Source: Candidatus Magasanikiibacteriota bacterium (GTDB taxonomy: Bacteria > Patescibacteriota > Patescibacteriia > Magasanikbacterales > UBA922). From it: a stretch of DNA of 64,000 bases. The stretch spans positions 67 to 64,066 of the forward strand of contig JBPOIO010000001.1 of assembly GCA_052034405.1 (NCBI GenBank), given 5' to 3'. Positions 1 through 9,385 of this stretch are shown here, one piece after another. Each line of letters starts with the position of its first letter. The first letter of the stretch is position 1. The notes below the pieces were generated by a model that ran no database searches, was not told the origin of the DNA, and saw only the letters and a program-made list of their open reading frames with translations. Both the position numbers and the translations under genes were made by a program.

Positions 1-549
1 GGCGCGGTGGGGGGGGGGGGGGGGGGGGGGGGCCGGATCGGCGTTGGGCGCCGCAGCCGGCCGGTTCCGGATCACCTCGGTCACGGGGCCCGGGGTGTGG
101 GTGGGCGCCGCGGCGGGGGCGGCCGGCGTCTGGACGACGACGGGGGCCACGACCACGGCGGGGGGCGGGGGCTGGATGCCGAGGTCGGCCACCGACGGCA
201 CCGGCTCGGTGATCGTCTCCGCGGCGGGGGCGGGCGGGGCGGCGGAGGTGGGGGCGTTGTCCTCGTCCGTGGCGCGGAGCGCGGCCAAGAGGGCCGCGTT
301 CTCCTCGGCCGACGGGCCACGCTCCGCGGCGGGGGCGTCGGTCTCGGTCACGGGGGCCGGCGTGGGCGCCGTGACGGTCTCGACCTCGGGGGCCGGGGCC
401 GGCGCGGGGGCGGGCGCCGCCTCGTATGCCGGGAGGGCGGAGCCCTCCGGCAACAAGACGAGATCGCCGGCGCAGCCGGCACACACCGTGGTATCATTCG
501 CCTGGGTCCGGAGGGCCGCGGGGCAGCCCATGTTCATGCAGGTTTTCAC
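1..549 (-). CDS. GC-rich gene, 3' end off window: Cys4 zinc-ribbon-like N-terminus followed by Pro/Ala/Thr-rich linker
   Basis: Not in ORF track. GTG at 549 preceded by GAGAGGA; frame reads MKTCMNMGCPAALRTQANDTTVCAGCAGDLV...APAPAPAPEVETVTAPTPAP...; third positions almost all G/C; the + strand ORFs here are its shadows. Confidence 0.75.
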   Translation of the reverse strand, partial: MKTCMNMGCPAALRTQANDTTVCAGCAGDLVLLPEGSALPAYEAAPAPAPAPAPEVETVTAPTPAPVTETDAPAAERGPSAEENAALLAALRATDEDNAPTSAAPPAPAAETITEPVPSVADLGIQPPPPAVVVAPVVVQTPAAPAAAPTHTPGPVTEVIRNRPAAAPNADPAPPPPPPPHRA

Positions 550-876
550 TGGGATTTTCCTCTCATCAAGGGGTTGATTGGGCTCCCGGAATTGGGGCCC
601 TGTCTAGGACAAGGGCACCCAACACGGGGCCCGGGGAACGCGAAGAGGCATCATATATATAATACTTCTTCGCGTTCCCCTTCCCTTTTGAGAAGAGTTT
701 TTTTGTTTACCTAACATCAATTGTAAAGGACATCTACCGAGCTGGATTTGTGGTATTTCGCTTGTTACAGCAAAATACTCAGCTACCATGCTCAGCTGAG
801 AGAAAAAATATTCTTCTCTTAGCTGGACCAAGTAACTACAGAGTAACCACTTTCCATTCTTTTTAAAGAACAGCGA

Positions 877-905
877 ACTATATCATATTTCAAGGATCTT
901 GTCAA
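877..905 (-). promoter_or_regulatory. sigma70 promoter driving the leader of the GC-rich gene
   Basis: TTGACA-17 nt-TATAGT on minus strand. Confidence 0.7.
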
Positions 906-920
906 GACACCTCGGTGGAC

Positions 921-963
921 AAAAAAAGACGCCCCAGCTTGGGACGTCTCTTTTTTTCTTTTT
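921..963. terminator. intrinsic terminator downstream of the 1820-aa gene
   Basis: A-run, AGACGCCCCA/TGGGACGTCT stem, T-run. Confidence 0.7.
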
Positions 964-3900
964 TAGGAAGCGGCGGACATTCTGTCTATTTTGTCAAAAG
1001 CATCTTCCATACGTACATCTTCGATGACTTTATCCAAAAATCTTTTTATAGATCGCTCTTCAAAGTGTTCCAAATCTGCTGGCAGATCACGAGTATTGGT
1101 CCACTCTCCACTATTTATCGCCTGGATATCGTCTTTGCTTATTCCCACTATATGTGGACGAAGTTCACGCTGAATCTTCCAAGCCGTTGTATGTTTGCTT
1201 GCCATTCCCTCTTGAAAGGTTTTGCTGGCTATTGCTTGTTGCTGTCGCATTTCTGAAAGCATGGGACCCAATTTTTCCTGAACCTTTGGATCATTCATGT
1301 TGAGTTTGAAATGTTCTTGGATAAATCGCTCAAGTCCGTTATCTTTATACAAAGCATCGCGATGCTCAAGAATATATCCATAGTTGCGAAGCATTTGAAC
1401 TTGTTCTGGAGCATCTCCAAAACGATGTTCGGCTTCTGAGGTCTGCAAATATTCTGTCGAGTCTTCAAATGTCTTGAAGTGTTTTGGCTGATCGTAAATT
1501 TCTACTTGTGATTTTGCTGGATCCTCTTGAAATGGATCTTCTAGAGTAGCTTTTACAGGAGGTTTTTCAATTGGAGCAGCGCCACCTGTTTTTGAGAGTG
1601 GTTCTACATGACCAGCTTCATTGCGAACAAAGTATTGACCAGATTTTTGAAGAGATCCTGTTTTTTCGATGCTATTCAAATCACTTTCAGACAAATGATA
1701 ATCTTGCATTGCCGCAGCACGATCACTATATGATACTTCACCAGCATGCGCACCAGCTGATGCAGCAAAAGTTTGTGATGCATACTCGGCACGAGTCATA
1801 GGCTCCCAAGAACCTACACCCGTATCTGGATCTACATGCAAACGCATATATTCTGTGCGGAAACGATTTCCCACGTTTGCTCCAGTATCTACTTTGCGCC
1901 ATGCGACATCTCCATCTTGAAGTTCACGATTTGGAAGGTTCCATTTTTCTACCACGTTATGTCCCTTGTTATCCATGAACAGTCCGGTCACTTCTGGTTT
2001 TTTGAAGAGAATCAAATCTTTTTCAATAGTCTCGGGTGTAGTGTTCAGGTTAAAGTCATCCATATGGAGATTGCCCGAACCAAGTGATGCTATTCTTTGT
2101 CGTATACGATCAAGATCTTCATCGCTATTAAATGGTTTTTCTGGAGCTTTTGTTTCGTGGTGAGCATAGGCACGTGGAGCATGATGCGATACAAAACGTT
2201 CATCTACTACTTGAAGGTGTGGCCCTTTGTTGTCAAAGACCACTTCAATTTTTGCTCCTGGCTGCAATGTTTTGGTATAGAGCCAATCACCATTTCCTTT
2301 TGGAATACGAACACCAAATTTTTCTACTTCTTCTACACGCCATCGATGAAGAATGTCTTTGTTTACAAAATTTTCAAGACGATCGCCAGAAAGTCTCATG
2401 GCATTGCCTTTGGCAAGAGAAGAACGAAGCCAATCACTGTGATTTTCACGGATAGATCCCAAAATACGAGGACCAACTTCGCTGTCACCTTGAAAATGAT
2501 TGGCAGCATTGAGAAGTCCGTCACCACGACCAACAGTGAATGAAGGATTTGCTACATTTGAGGTTTCGATTGGAGGCAACTGTGGAGGGCCTTGGTCAAT
2601 ATATCCAAGATTCCCTGAAGCAGATCCCCCACCCGCGGCAATGAGCGATGGATTCTGTGGACCTGGGTCTGTACCATTTGCATTCGCAGAAGTTTCTTTA
2701 TTTGCATTTGCTGGATAAAAATCATCTGGAAAAAGTGCATGACGAAGTCCATCAATACCCATACCAACTCCGGCACCAATACCACCGGCAATAACACCCG
2801 TCTTGATACCCGCAATGGCTTTGTCACCCAAACTTGCAATACGCTGCGCTTCAAAAATAAGTTCTTCGGCCTGACGACGACTGTTTTCATCACCTTTTTC
2901 AAGAAGAAGTCTGGCTTTGGTCAAAAGTTTTCGTTGACCTGCTTCTATTACACGACCTTCATTTTGTGCAGCTTCCATACCTTTCATACCCGCAATGATT
3001 CCAAATCGAGTGGCTGCACGACGTGCGGTCGAATCAATAAATTCTGTTCCCATGTTGAATCCAGTACGTGGCAAAAATGATGCCAAGGTGAAACCAACCG
3101 CACCATTCCAAAGTGCTGCTGCAGCAGTACCTTTCCAAAAGTCTGCTTTGTTTGCAGAGTACAAACTTCGTTTTTCTCCAGAAACACCTTCGGCACCACG
3201 AGTAACACGGTCCCAAGCATTTCGGAAAAATGAACTTTTGTTGCTTTGAAGACGAACAGCTTTGGAATAGGCAGTCGAAGGGTTATTTTCGTCGTGAATC
3301 AAAAGCGCACGTTCAAGACGCATTTCGGTGAGGTATTCTTCCATTTTTTCTGCTTGTGGAAGAAGTACTGCCATATCTTCTTTTGACATGTTTTTGACGT
3401 GGTCAAACATTTTCAAATATTGTGCCTGTTCGTGTTGAATACGTGTATCCAAAGATTTTGCATGAACAAGTCCCTCTGTACCACCTTCTACATTGTGTTC
3501 CAAAATAGCTTCAAGAACAGAAAGCATACGCTCTTCCCCCACATGTCTTTCTTTTGTCAAAAATCCATCTTTGATACGGGCATAGACCTGTTCTTTTATA
3601 TGATCTCGTTTTTCCATTTTTTGCTCAAATTTTGATCGGTCAGAAATTCTTTGAGCAATAGTTGAAAAAATACCTACAGTCGCAGCGGTCGCACGAGCAC
3701 TAATAGAAGTTTGTGCCCACTTATTGAGAGCAAGAATTGCTGTAGATGTTGCAGCACCTGTCAAAATACCAACTTTACTATTGGACCAAGTTTTTTCAAT
3801 CCATTTTTGAATTTTTCCTTTTTTCTTTGAAGCACCATGTCCGCCATGACCTCCATGGCCACCGTGATCACCATGTGCACCATGACCTTCTTCTTTTTCT

Positions 3901-6425
3901 GACATCAATTCACGAAGTTCTTCGTCACACTCAATCATACCTTGCAGATCGCGTGCCACCATCTGGTCAATAACATTGTGCAAAACAAGCCATCCTTCGG
4001 ATCGCCACTGCTCTTCAAAGGCAGCAAAACTTGTAAATCCACGAGCCATTACACGCTCCGTGAGAGCTGCTTTTTGTTCGGGATTCAAGTGTGAAAACAA
4101 ATTTTGCATTTCGGCTTCGACATCTCGCATGAGGCGTTCACCAAGTTCAAATTGTTCAAAAGAAGCGCGTGCAAATCGTTCGTGAATGGCACTCAGACGC
4201 TCTCTACCCAAGACTTCAAATGCATACTCGAGAGTCTGGTATTTTGGTGCTTCGTTTTCAAGCTTTTGAACATGTGCTTTTTTTGTTTCGGCTTCGGCTG
4301 CAGCTTGCTGCGAGGCTATCTCTTCTGCGGCCAATGCTGCCGCTACCTCTGCAGCAACACGAGTAGCTTCAATTTGCTCGGGTGTTGAAGAAGCAAGAGG
4401 TGGAACATCTGCAGTATTTGAATCACTCGAAGTTGCCAATAACTCTGGACCCGGAACAGCATCCAAAGAAGTATCTCCACTATCCATATCTGAAGCAGCA
4501 GGAACAAATTCTTCTACTTCTTCACTTTCTACAAAAGTATTTTCTTCTTTTCCCCAAAGACGTAATTTCAATCTTTTAAATTGAGATGCAAAAATCTTTT
4601 CTTCACGAGATCGAGATACAAAACCCGACAAATCTTGTTTGAGTTGTTGAACGACAACAAATCTTTCTTTCAAGTTTACACGAAGAACTCGAAGTGGTGT
4701 TTTACCACCATTGTGTCCACTTGATGCAAGATTTTGTCCAACTTTCAAGGTCAAATCACCAGCATGAAGAGGTGGACGATTTTCAATAAGTTGTTCTGTC
4801 ACGCTTGCTCCAGCTGGAAGCTCTTTTTCAAAAAATTCAATAGGACGAACTAATGTATCAATACCATCGGTCACCACTGCCATAAGTTTTTTTGTATTTC
4901 CTCTTGGCATAGCAATAATATCGACAAGACGAACTTTTGCACAAATTTTTTCTCTTTCTGCAGGAAGATCTGAAGAGGAATCTTCTGTAGATTCACTAAA
5001 ATCTCTTGATTTTAAGTAAATTGTATCACCAAGAGAAAATGGAAGCGATTCAAAAACATCGACACTCGAATCTCTTGAAAGAGTTTGTATTTGTTCTGCT
5101 ACACGAGCATCTATATCTGGCATTGTATCTGTTATAGCGACGTGGTTAAAATCGTTTCCACGAAGAACTACTTCTTCAACAGGCTCAACATAATGCCATA
5201 CACCACCACGAGATTCAACTTTTCTTCCTACAGCTTGAGGAACTTCTGAACGAATAACACGATCAAGAGCCACAAAAGAAATACTCTTATCTGCAGCAGT
5301 ATGTAACAAAATTTGTCCGCGTTGAATTTCTTTATCATTGACAATAATAGGGTTTCGTTCTGTTATCTCGGTATGTACAACAGCATCATCCGCAGGTTTT
5401 TCTTTACTCAATCTTCGTGAAGAAAATGGTCGAAGTGAATTTCCATCCGTAACAATAACATCTTTTCCGTCAATCAAGTCGACACTGCCAAGAGCAATAA
5501 GACGACGAAATGAAGCATCTCTATTTTCTGTAAATACAGTATCACCAAAAGCAAAGGGATTTTTTTCTCTTCTTTCTGAACGAGGAGCACGTTCTCGTGT
5601 AGGAGCTGAGGCTGGCTCGCTCGCAGACGCCGCAGAAATTTCTACACTTGGAGCAGGTACAGATTCAGGAGAAAGATTACTTGGTGCTTCAGCAAGAAGA
5701 CCCAAAGATTGCAATTTTACTATTGCAAGTTCTTTATTGAATTTTCGATGTCGTCCTTTACCCGAAATGATTCCATCTTTGTACAAAGCTTCAAGAGCGC
5801 GGCCTACTGCAGAAGGATCTGAAAGTCCAAGATCCGAAGCAATAACTCCAGGATTTAACACTCCACTCTTATAAATATTCAATAAAACATTTTGATATGT
5901 TTGTTCGTCAAATGTGAGAGCTGCTTCTGGCGCAGCGATAGCTGATTCAGGAGCTGCTTCCCCTGCTGCCGTGTCTGAGCCAGAGGCAGAAGGTTCAGGC
6001 TCAGCATCTGGAGCGATGCGAGGAATTTCAACAGTAATACCTGCCTCAGCAGCGATTTTTTTAATTGTATCGATACTCGTAGCATCTAAAACTGTACTTG
6101 ATGTAGTGAGTGACTCTAATGTATTTTTGAGTGTACGCAAACGGTCAAGAGAAGCCTGCAAAAGTTGAGAGGTTTCTACATATTGTTCACTTCCTACTAC
6201 GAGCTTTTTTAATTGTTTCAAACCTTTATCAATAGTTGAAAAAGCTTCTCCAACAGCATCAGCAAGATGAGAAATTTCTGGAGGAAATTCTAATGCCAAA
6301 GCGTTAAATCTTTTTTCAAGCGCACTTTTATCACTTCGAAGTTGCGACTGTGTTTTTGGCTCCAAAGAAGGAGTCCCTTCTGCGGCATTTTCTGGAGCTG
6401 TAACTTTTCTAGTTCGAGTAGCCAT
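963..6425 (-). CDS. Very large (~1820 aa) multi-domain membrane protein of unknown function
   Basis: Long ORF, likely start MATRTRK at 6425; wHTH-like segment, duplicated beta domain, His/Gly tract, hydrophobic helices, LysM-like TVGRGDGL. Confidence 0.85.
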   Translation of the reverse strand: MATRTRKVTAPENAAEGTPSLEPKTQSQLRSDKSALEKRFNALALEFPPEISHLADAVGEAFSTIDKGLKQLKKLVVGSEQYVETSQLLQASLDRLRTLKNTLESLTTSSTVLDATSIDTIKKIAAEAGITVEIPRIAPDAEPEPSASGSDTAAGEAAPESAIAAPEAALTFDEQTYQNVLLNIYKSGVLNPGVIASDLGLSDPSAVGRALEALYKDGIISGKGRHRKFNKELAIVKLQSLGLLAEAPSNLSPESVPAPSVEISAASASEPASAPTRERAPRSERREKNPFAFGDTVFTENRDASFRRLIALGSVDLIDGKDVIVTDGNSLRPFSSRRLSKEKPADDAVVHTEITERNPIIVNDKEIQRGQILLHTAADKSISFVALDRVIRSEVPQAVGRKVESRGGVWHYVEPVEEVVLRGNDFNHVAITDTMPDIDARVAEQIQTLSRDSSVDVFESLPFSLGDTIYLKSRDFSESTEDSSSDLPAEREKICAKVRLVDIIAMPRGNTKKLMAVVTDGIDTLVRPIEFFEKELPAGASVTEQLIENRPPLHAGDLTLKVGQNLASSGHNGGKTPLRVLRVNLKERFVVVQQLKQDLSGFVSRSREEKIFASQFKRLKLRLWGKEENTFVESEEVEEFVPAASDMDSGDTSLDAVPGPELLATSSDSNTADVPPLASSTPEQIEATRVAAEVAAALAAEEIASQQAAAEAETKKAHVQKLENEAPKYQTLEYAFEVLGRERLSAIHERFARASFEQFELGERLMRDVEAEMQNLFSHLNPEQKAALTERVMARGFTSFAAFEEQWRSEGWLVLHNVIDQMVARDLQGMIECDEELRELMSEKEEGHGAHGDHGGHGGHGGHGASKKKGKIQKWIEKTWSNSKVGILTGAATSTAILALNKWAQTSISARATAATVGIFSTIAQRISDRSKFEQKMEKRDHIKEQVYARIKDGFLTKERHVGEERMLSVLEAILEHNVEGGTEGLVHAKSLDTRIQHEQAQYLKMFDHVKNMSKEDMAVLLPQAEKMEEYLTEMRLERALLIHDENNPSTAYSKAVRLQSNKSSFFRNAWDRVTRGAEGVSGEKRSLYSANKADFWKGTAAAALWNGAVGFTLASFLPRTGFNMGTEFIDSTARRAATRFGIIAGMKGMEAAQNEGRVIEAGQRKLLTKARLLLEKGDENSRRQAEELIFEAQRIASLGDKAIAGIKTGVIAGGIGAGVGMGIDGLRHALFPDDFYPANANKETSANANGTDPGPQNPSLIAAGGGSASGNLGYIDQGPPQLPPIETSNVANPSFTVGRGDGLLNAANHFQGDSEVGPRILGSIRENHSDWLRSSLAKGNAMRLSGDRLENFVNKDILHRWRVEEVEKFGVRIPKGNGDWLYTKTLQPGAKIEVVFDNKGPHLQVVDERFVSHHAPRAYAHHETKAPEKPFNSDEDLDRIRQRIASLGSGNLHMDDFNLNTTPETIEKDLILFKKPEVTGLFMDNKGHNVVEKWNLPNRELQDGDVAWRKVDTGANVGNRFRTEYMRLHVDPDTGVGSWEPMTRAEYASQTFAASAGAHAGEVSYSDRAAAMQDYHLSESDLNSIEKTGSLQKSGQYFVRNEAGHVEPLSKTGGAAPIEKPPVKATLEDPFQEDPAKSQVEIYDQPKHFKTFEDSTEYLQTSEAEHRFGDAPEQVQMLRNYGYILEHRDALYKDNGLERFIQEHFKLNMNDPKVQEKLGPMLSEMRQQQAIASKTFQEGMASKHTTAWKIQRELRPHIVGISKDDIQAINSGEWTNTRDLPADLEHFEERSIKRFLDKVIEDVRMEDAFDKIDRMSAAS

Positions 6426-6432
6426 ATACAAA

Positions 6433-6633
6433 TTAATCAATAGTATTTATGATAGAATGAAGAATATTTTTTATTTTTTCTTTTTCATTTTTTTCTTCGA
6501 GATTTATTTGCAATTTTTTCATTTCACCCTGAAGTTTCAAGAGTTGTTCTTGCATTTTTTTGTAGATATCAATAATCATCAAATACTTTTGTTCTTGTTC
6601 GGGGGTCAAATTTGTATTTGGAAGATTTAACAT
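6433..6633 (-). CDS. small coiled-coil hypothetical protein
   Basis: 66-aa ORF tightly packed in operon, TATG start, heptad pattern. Confidence 0.65.
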   Translation of the reverse strand: MLNLPNTNLTPEQEQKYLMIIDIYKKMQEQLLKLQGEMKKLQINLEEKNEKEKIKNILHSIINTID

Positions 6634-6637
6634 ATAC

Positions 6638-6952
6638 TTAGGCTAAAAGAGTGACCATCTCACTTGAAAAAGCCACAACAATTTTTTGAAGTTCAGCTTC
6701 AAAGTTTGGGATCGCAGTATGCCAAAAATTACTCCATGCTTCGGGAGTAGTATTTTCATTGTCAATCATAGAAACAAACTCTTTGAGCTGGGCTTCGGAA
6801 AGTCTTGCAGTAAATTCGTTGGAAATACGACGTTCGAGCTGCACCTGAAATTGTGGAATGTAAGTACGTTTTTGAGCATCTGTAAGAGTCATTCCCGCTT
6901 GATCAAAAAGTGAAAGAATTGTACTTTCAAAAAAATCTTGAGGAACTATCAT
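6638..6952 (-). CDS. CPR-type small helical protein (DUF5663-like)
   Basis: LERRI..EF..RLSEAQLKEF...IPNF pattern. Confidence 0.7.
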   Translation of the reverse strand: MIVPQDFFESTILSLFDQAGMTLTDAQKRTYIPQFQVQLERRISNEFTARLSEAQLKEFVSMIDNENTTPEAWSNFWHTAIPNFEAELQKIVVAFSSEMVTLLA

Positions 6953-7019
6953 AAAAAAGTATTAAAATAATATGGAATGCTTTTAGTATACACTTTTTTT
7001 GTATTTTTGTACAAAAATA

Positions 7020-8750
7020 TTATGAAATTTTTATTGCTTGTGCACCTGGAGACGTAAATAAAGCATTCCAAAATTGACGCGGACGCTCAAAAACATTTGC
7101 AGTCTTGCCAATACAATACAAAGTGTTCCCCTCAACCCTTTGAACAGTCAAATGAAAGTCATAGGGAGTTCCATCTTTTTGAAAACCACGAAAACGATAG
7201 CTATCCCCAGGCTTTGGTTCTGGAGCTTCTAACTTTTCAATGTGTGTTTTTGGATTTTCAACAATAGTATTCCACCAAGAACGTGGCTGTCTTTGTTCCT
7301 GCCCTGGTTTTGTAAAGTCAACAAATACTATTTCAGTTGCGCTGATGTCCACAATATGAAAAGAAAAACAAATGGTTCTCGTTTTACCAGGAGTTCTTAC
7401 CACATAGCTCTCCCCTACTTTAATTTTTTCTTTTGAAAAATCAGGGACTTCGGATTTTTCAGAAGGTAAATCCAAAAGATCTTTGAAACTTTGTCGAGGC
7501 AAAGGAAGATTTTTTATACGATCAAAATCTTGTTTTTGTGCACGTGAAAAACCTCTTTGTGCAATTGCATCCCAAAGTTCTTTATCTAAAATATATTTTG
7601 CTAACAAAGAACCATCTGGATTCAACTCAGAAATTTTTATTTGATTTTTTTCCACTTTCTCTGTTGGAGCTTCAACACGAATAAGCGTATCTCCAACCAT
7701 ATAGGTTATATCTGCGGTAGGATTTCCTTCAAATTCCAGATATACATGTGCTTTTGAAGAAAAATCTAATTCCATAACAGCAATAGTAATATTGTCTCCA
7801 CCCTTGTTATATACAGGCATTGCGATCAGTACCCCGGGAGCATGCTCTATATGATAGGGAAAATCAGCATTATTTCTGTCATAAGCCATCTTAAAAAGCG
7901 CAGCCTGAAATTCAGCAGCGGTTTTACATTGATTTGAGAGCCAGGCAACTTCATACTCACTCACCAAATCCCACAGGCCATCCGAAGCCAAAACAATTCT
8001 ATCTTTATCTTGTCCAAAAAACTCTTGTCCAAGAGGTTGCTCTCCATTTTTTATTCCAAGTCCACCAGTAATAGTTGATTTTGCAAAGTGGCAATAATAT
8101 TCTTTTGAATCCAACAAAGATTGTTCAATACGTCTTGAAGGAATATTTTGCATTTGCGTAGTCCCTTCTCGAAGAATTGCCCCATTTCGAATAGTAGCAA
8201 TTTTTGAATCTCCCGAAGAAGCAAGCAAGACACGACCCGATTTTTCAACCTGAAGAGCAACACCCGTTGCATAAATACTATTACGACTTTCATTGAACGG
8301 CATCCCCTGCGCATATGCCTGAATTTTTTTTTGCTCATTAATATCCTGCAACAAAGTATGTGCAGAATACATAGCATCAAGCGGAGAAAGTCCATTTGTC
8401 AAATTTATTCCAAGATCCAAATTAGCCTTGATACTGGCCTCAAGTCCACCACCACTTCCACCAGCACCATCTATCACTGCCACAAAAATACTTTCATTTT
8501 GGGTATTACCAAATACAAAACTATCTTGATTTTCATCATCATACTTTGAATGCGGACCACCGTAGTCACTGGTTACCACTACAGGACCAAGTTTTGTTTC
8601 TACTTCTTTATGCTTTTCAGCCACTGGAACCAAATCAGGCCTCTGTTGATAACGTGCTTTGTCATAAAAAAAACGACCAATAATTTGTGCTTGCACTTTT
8701 ACTTCAGGAAGAGGTCGAAATTCTGGACCACCTTGAAATATTCCTCCCAT
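7020..8750 (-). CDS. PP2C/PPM-family Ser/Thr phosphatase with C-terminal repeats
   Basis: ENQDS, AVIDGAGG, SGDS, LASDGLWD, GDNITI motifs. Confidence 0.85.
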   Translation of the reverse strand: MGGIFQGGPEFRPLPEVKVQAQIIGRFFYDKARYQQRPDLVPVAEKHKEVETKLGPVVVTSDYGGPHSKYDDENQDSFVFGNTQNESIFVAVIDGAGGSGGGLEASIKANLDLGINLTNGLSPLDAMYSAHTLLQDINEQKKIQAYAQGMPFNESRNSIYATGVALQVEKSGRVLLASSGDSKIATIRNGAILREGTTQMQNIPSRRIEQSLLDSKEYYCHFAKSTITGGLGIKNGEQPLGQEFFGQDKDRIVLASDGLWDLVSEYEVAWLSNQCKTAAEFQAALFKMAYDRNNADFPYHIEHAPGVLIAMPVYNKGGDNITIAVMELDFSSKAHVYLEFEGNPTADITYMVGDTLIRVEAPTEKVEKNQIKISELNPDGSLLAKYILDKELWDAIAQRGFSRAQKQDFDRIKNLPLPRQSFKDLLDLPSEKSEVPDFSKEKIKVGESYVVRTPGKTRTICFSFHIVDISATEIVFVDFTKPGQEQRQPRSWWNTIVENPKTHIEKLEAPEPKPGDSYRFRGFQKDGTPYDFHLTVQRVEGNTLYCIGKTANVFERPRQFWNALFTSPGAQAIKIS

Positions 8751-8759
8751 ACAAAAATT

Positions 8760-9377
8760 TTAAAAAAGAGAACGTGTTTTTTTTGCTAAAAAAATAGCAG
8801 AAACAAAAATACCAAGAATAAAACCAAGAGCCGCATTCAAAAGCACATTTGGACGGACTGGAAATCGTGAAACAATAGCTTTATTCACTTGTTTTATCGT
8901 CACGTCTCCCCCAACATATTCATAACCTTTTTGAACAAGAGTATCTACCACAGCACTTGCCAAAATATTTGCCTGTGCAGGATCGTGGTGATAAGCACTT
9001 ATATTGAGTACCCCTGTACCAAATACAACTGATCCATCAACAGTCTTTTGCCAACGTTTTGTCCGAATACGATCGGTCACATTTTGAAATTGACTTTTGT
9101 CAAAGCTCGCTGGTACCACAGTCATCACTTTATCAAAAAAATCTTGTGTTTTCATGACTTGTGTAATGTTTTGTCCTACTTGTTCTGCAGATTTTACAAC
9201 TGTATAAGGATCCACTCCGTAGCGGGATTTGGAAATAATATACACCGCAGCATCTGCTCTATACTCAAGTGGTAACAAAAGAGAAAGAGAACTTACAATA
9301 AGAGCTGACAAAATTCCCCACAAAAAACAGGTCTTCCACTGTCTTGAAAGAGCTGTCATTGGATGTGAATAGGACAT
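8760..9377 (-). CDS. Wzz/CpsC-like polysaccharide chain-length determinant
   Basis: N-terminal TM then P.Y.A.A, C-terminal PVRPNVLLN + TM. Confidence 0.7.
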   Translation of the reverse strand: MSYSHPMTALSRQWKTCFLWGILSALIVSSLSLLLPLEYRADAAVYIISKSRYGVDPYTVVKSAEQVGQNITQVMKTQDFFDKVMTVVPASFDKSQFQNVTDRIRTKRWQKTVDGSVVFGTGVLNISAYHHDPAQANILASAVVDTLVQKGYEYVGGDVTIKQVNKAIVSRFPVRPNVLLNAALGFILGIFVSAIFLAKKTRSLF

Positions 9378-9385
9378 AGAGAAAA

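Noticed and set aside
9-32. Long poly-G run as a G-quadruplex or phase-variation tract
   Set aside because: At the window edge; could be poly-Pro codons or a two-colour sequencing artefact, and cannot be resolved here
7-714. + strand ORFs 7..714, 44..577, 426..662 and minus ORF 81..320
   Set aside because: Gly/Arg-rich or off-frame shadows of the GC-rich minus-strand gene
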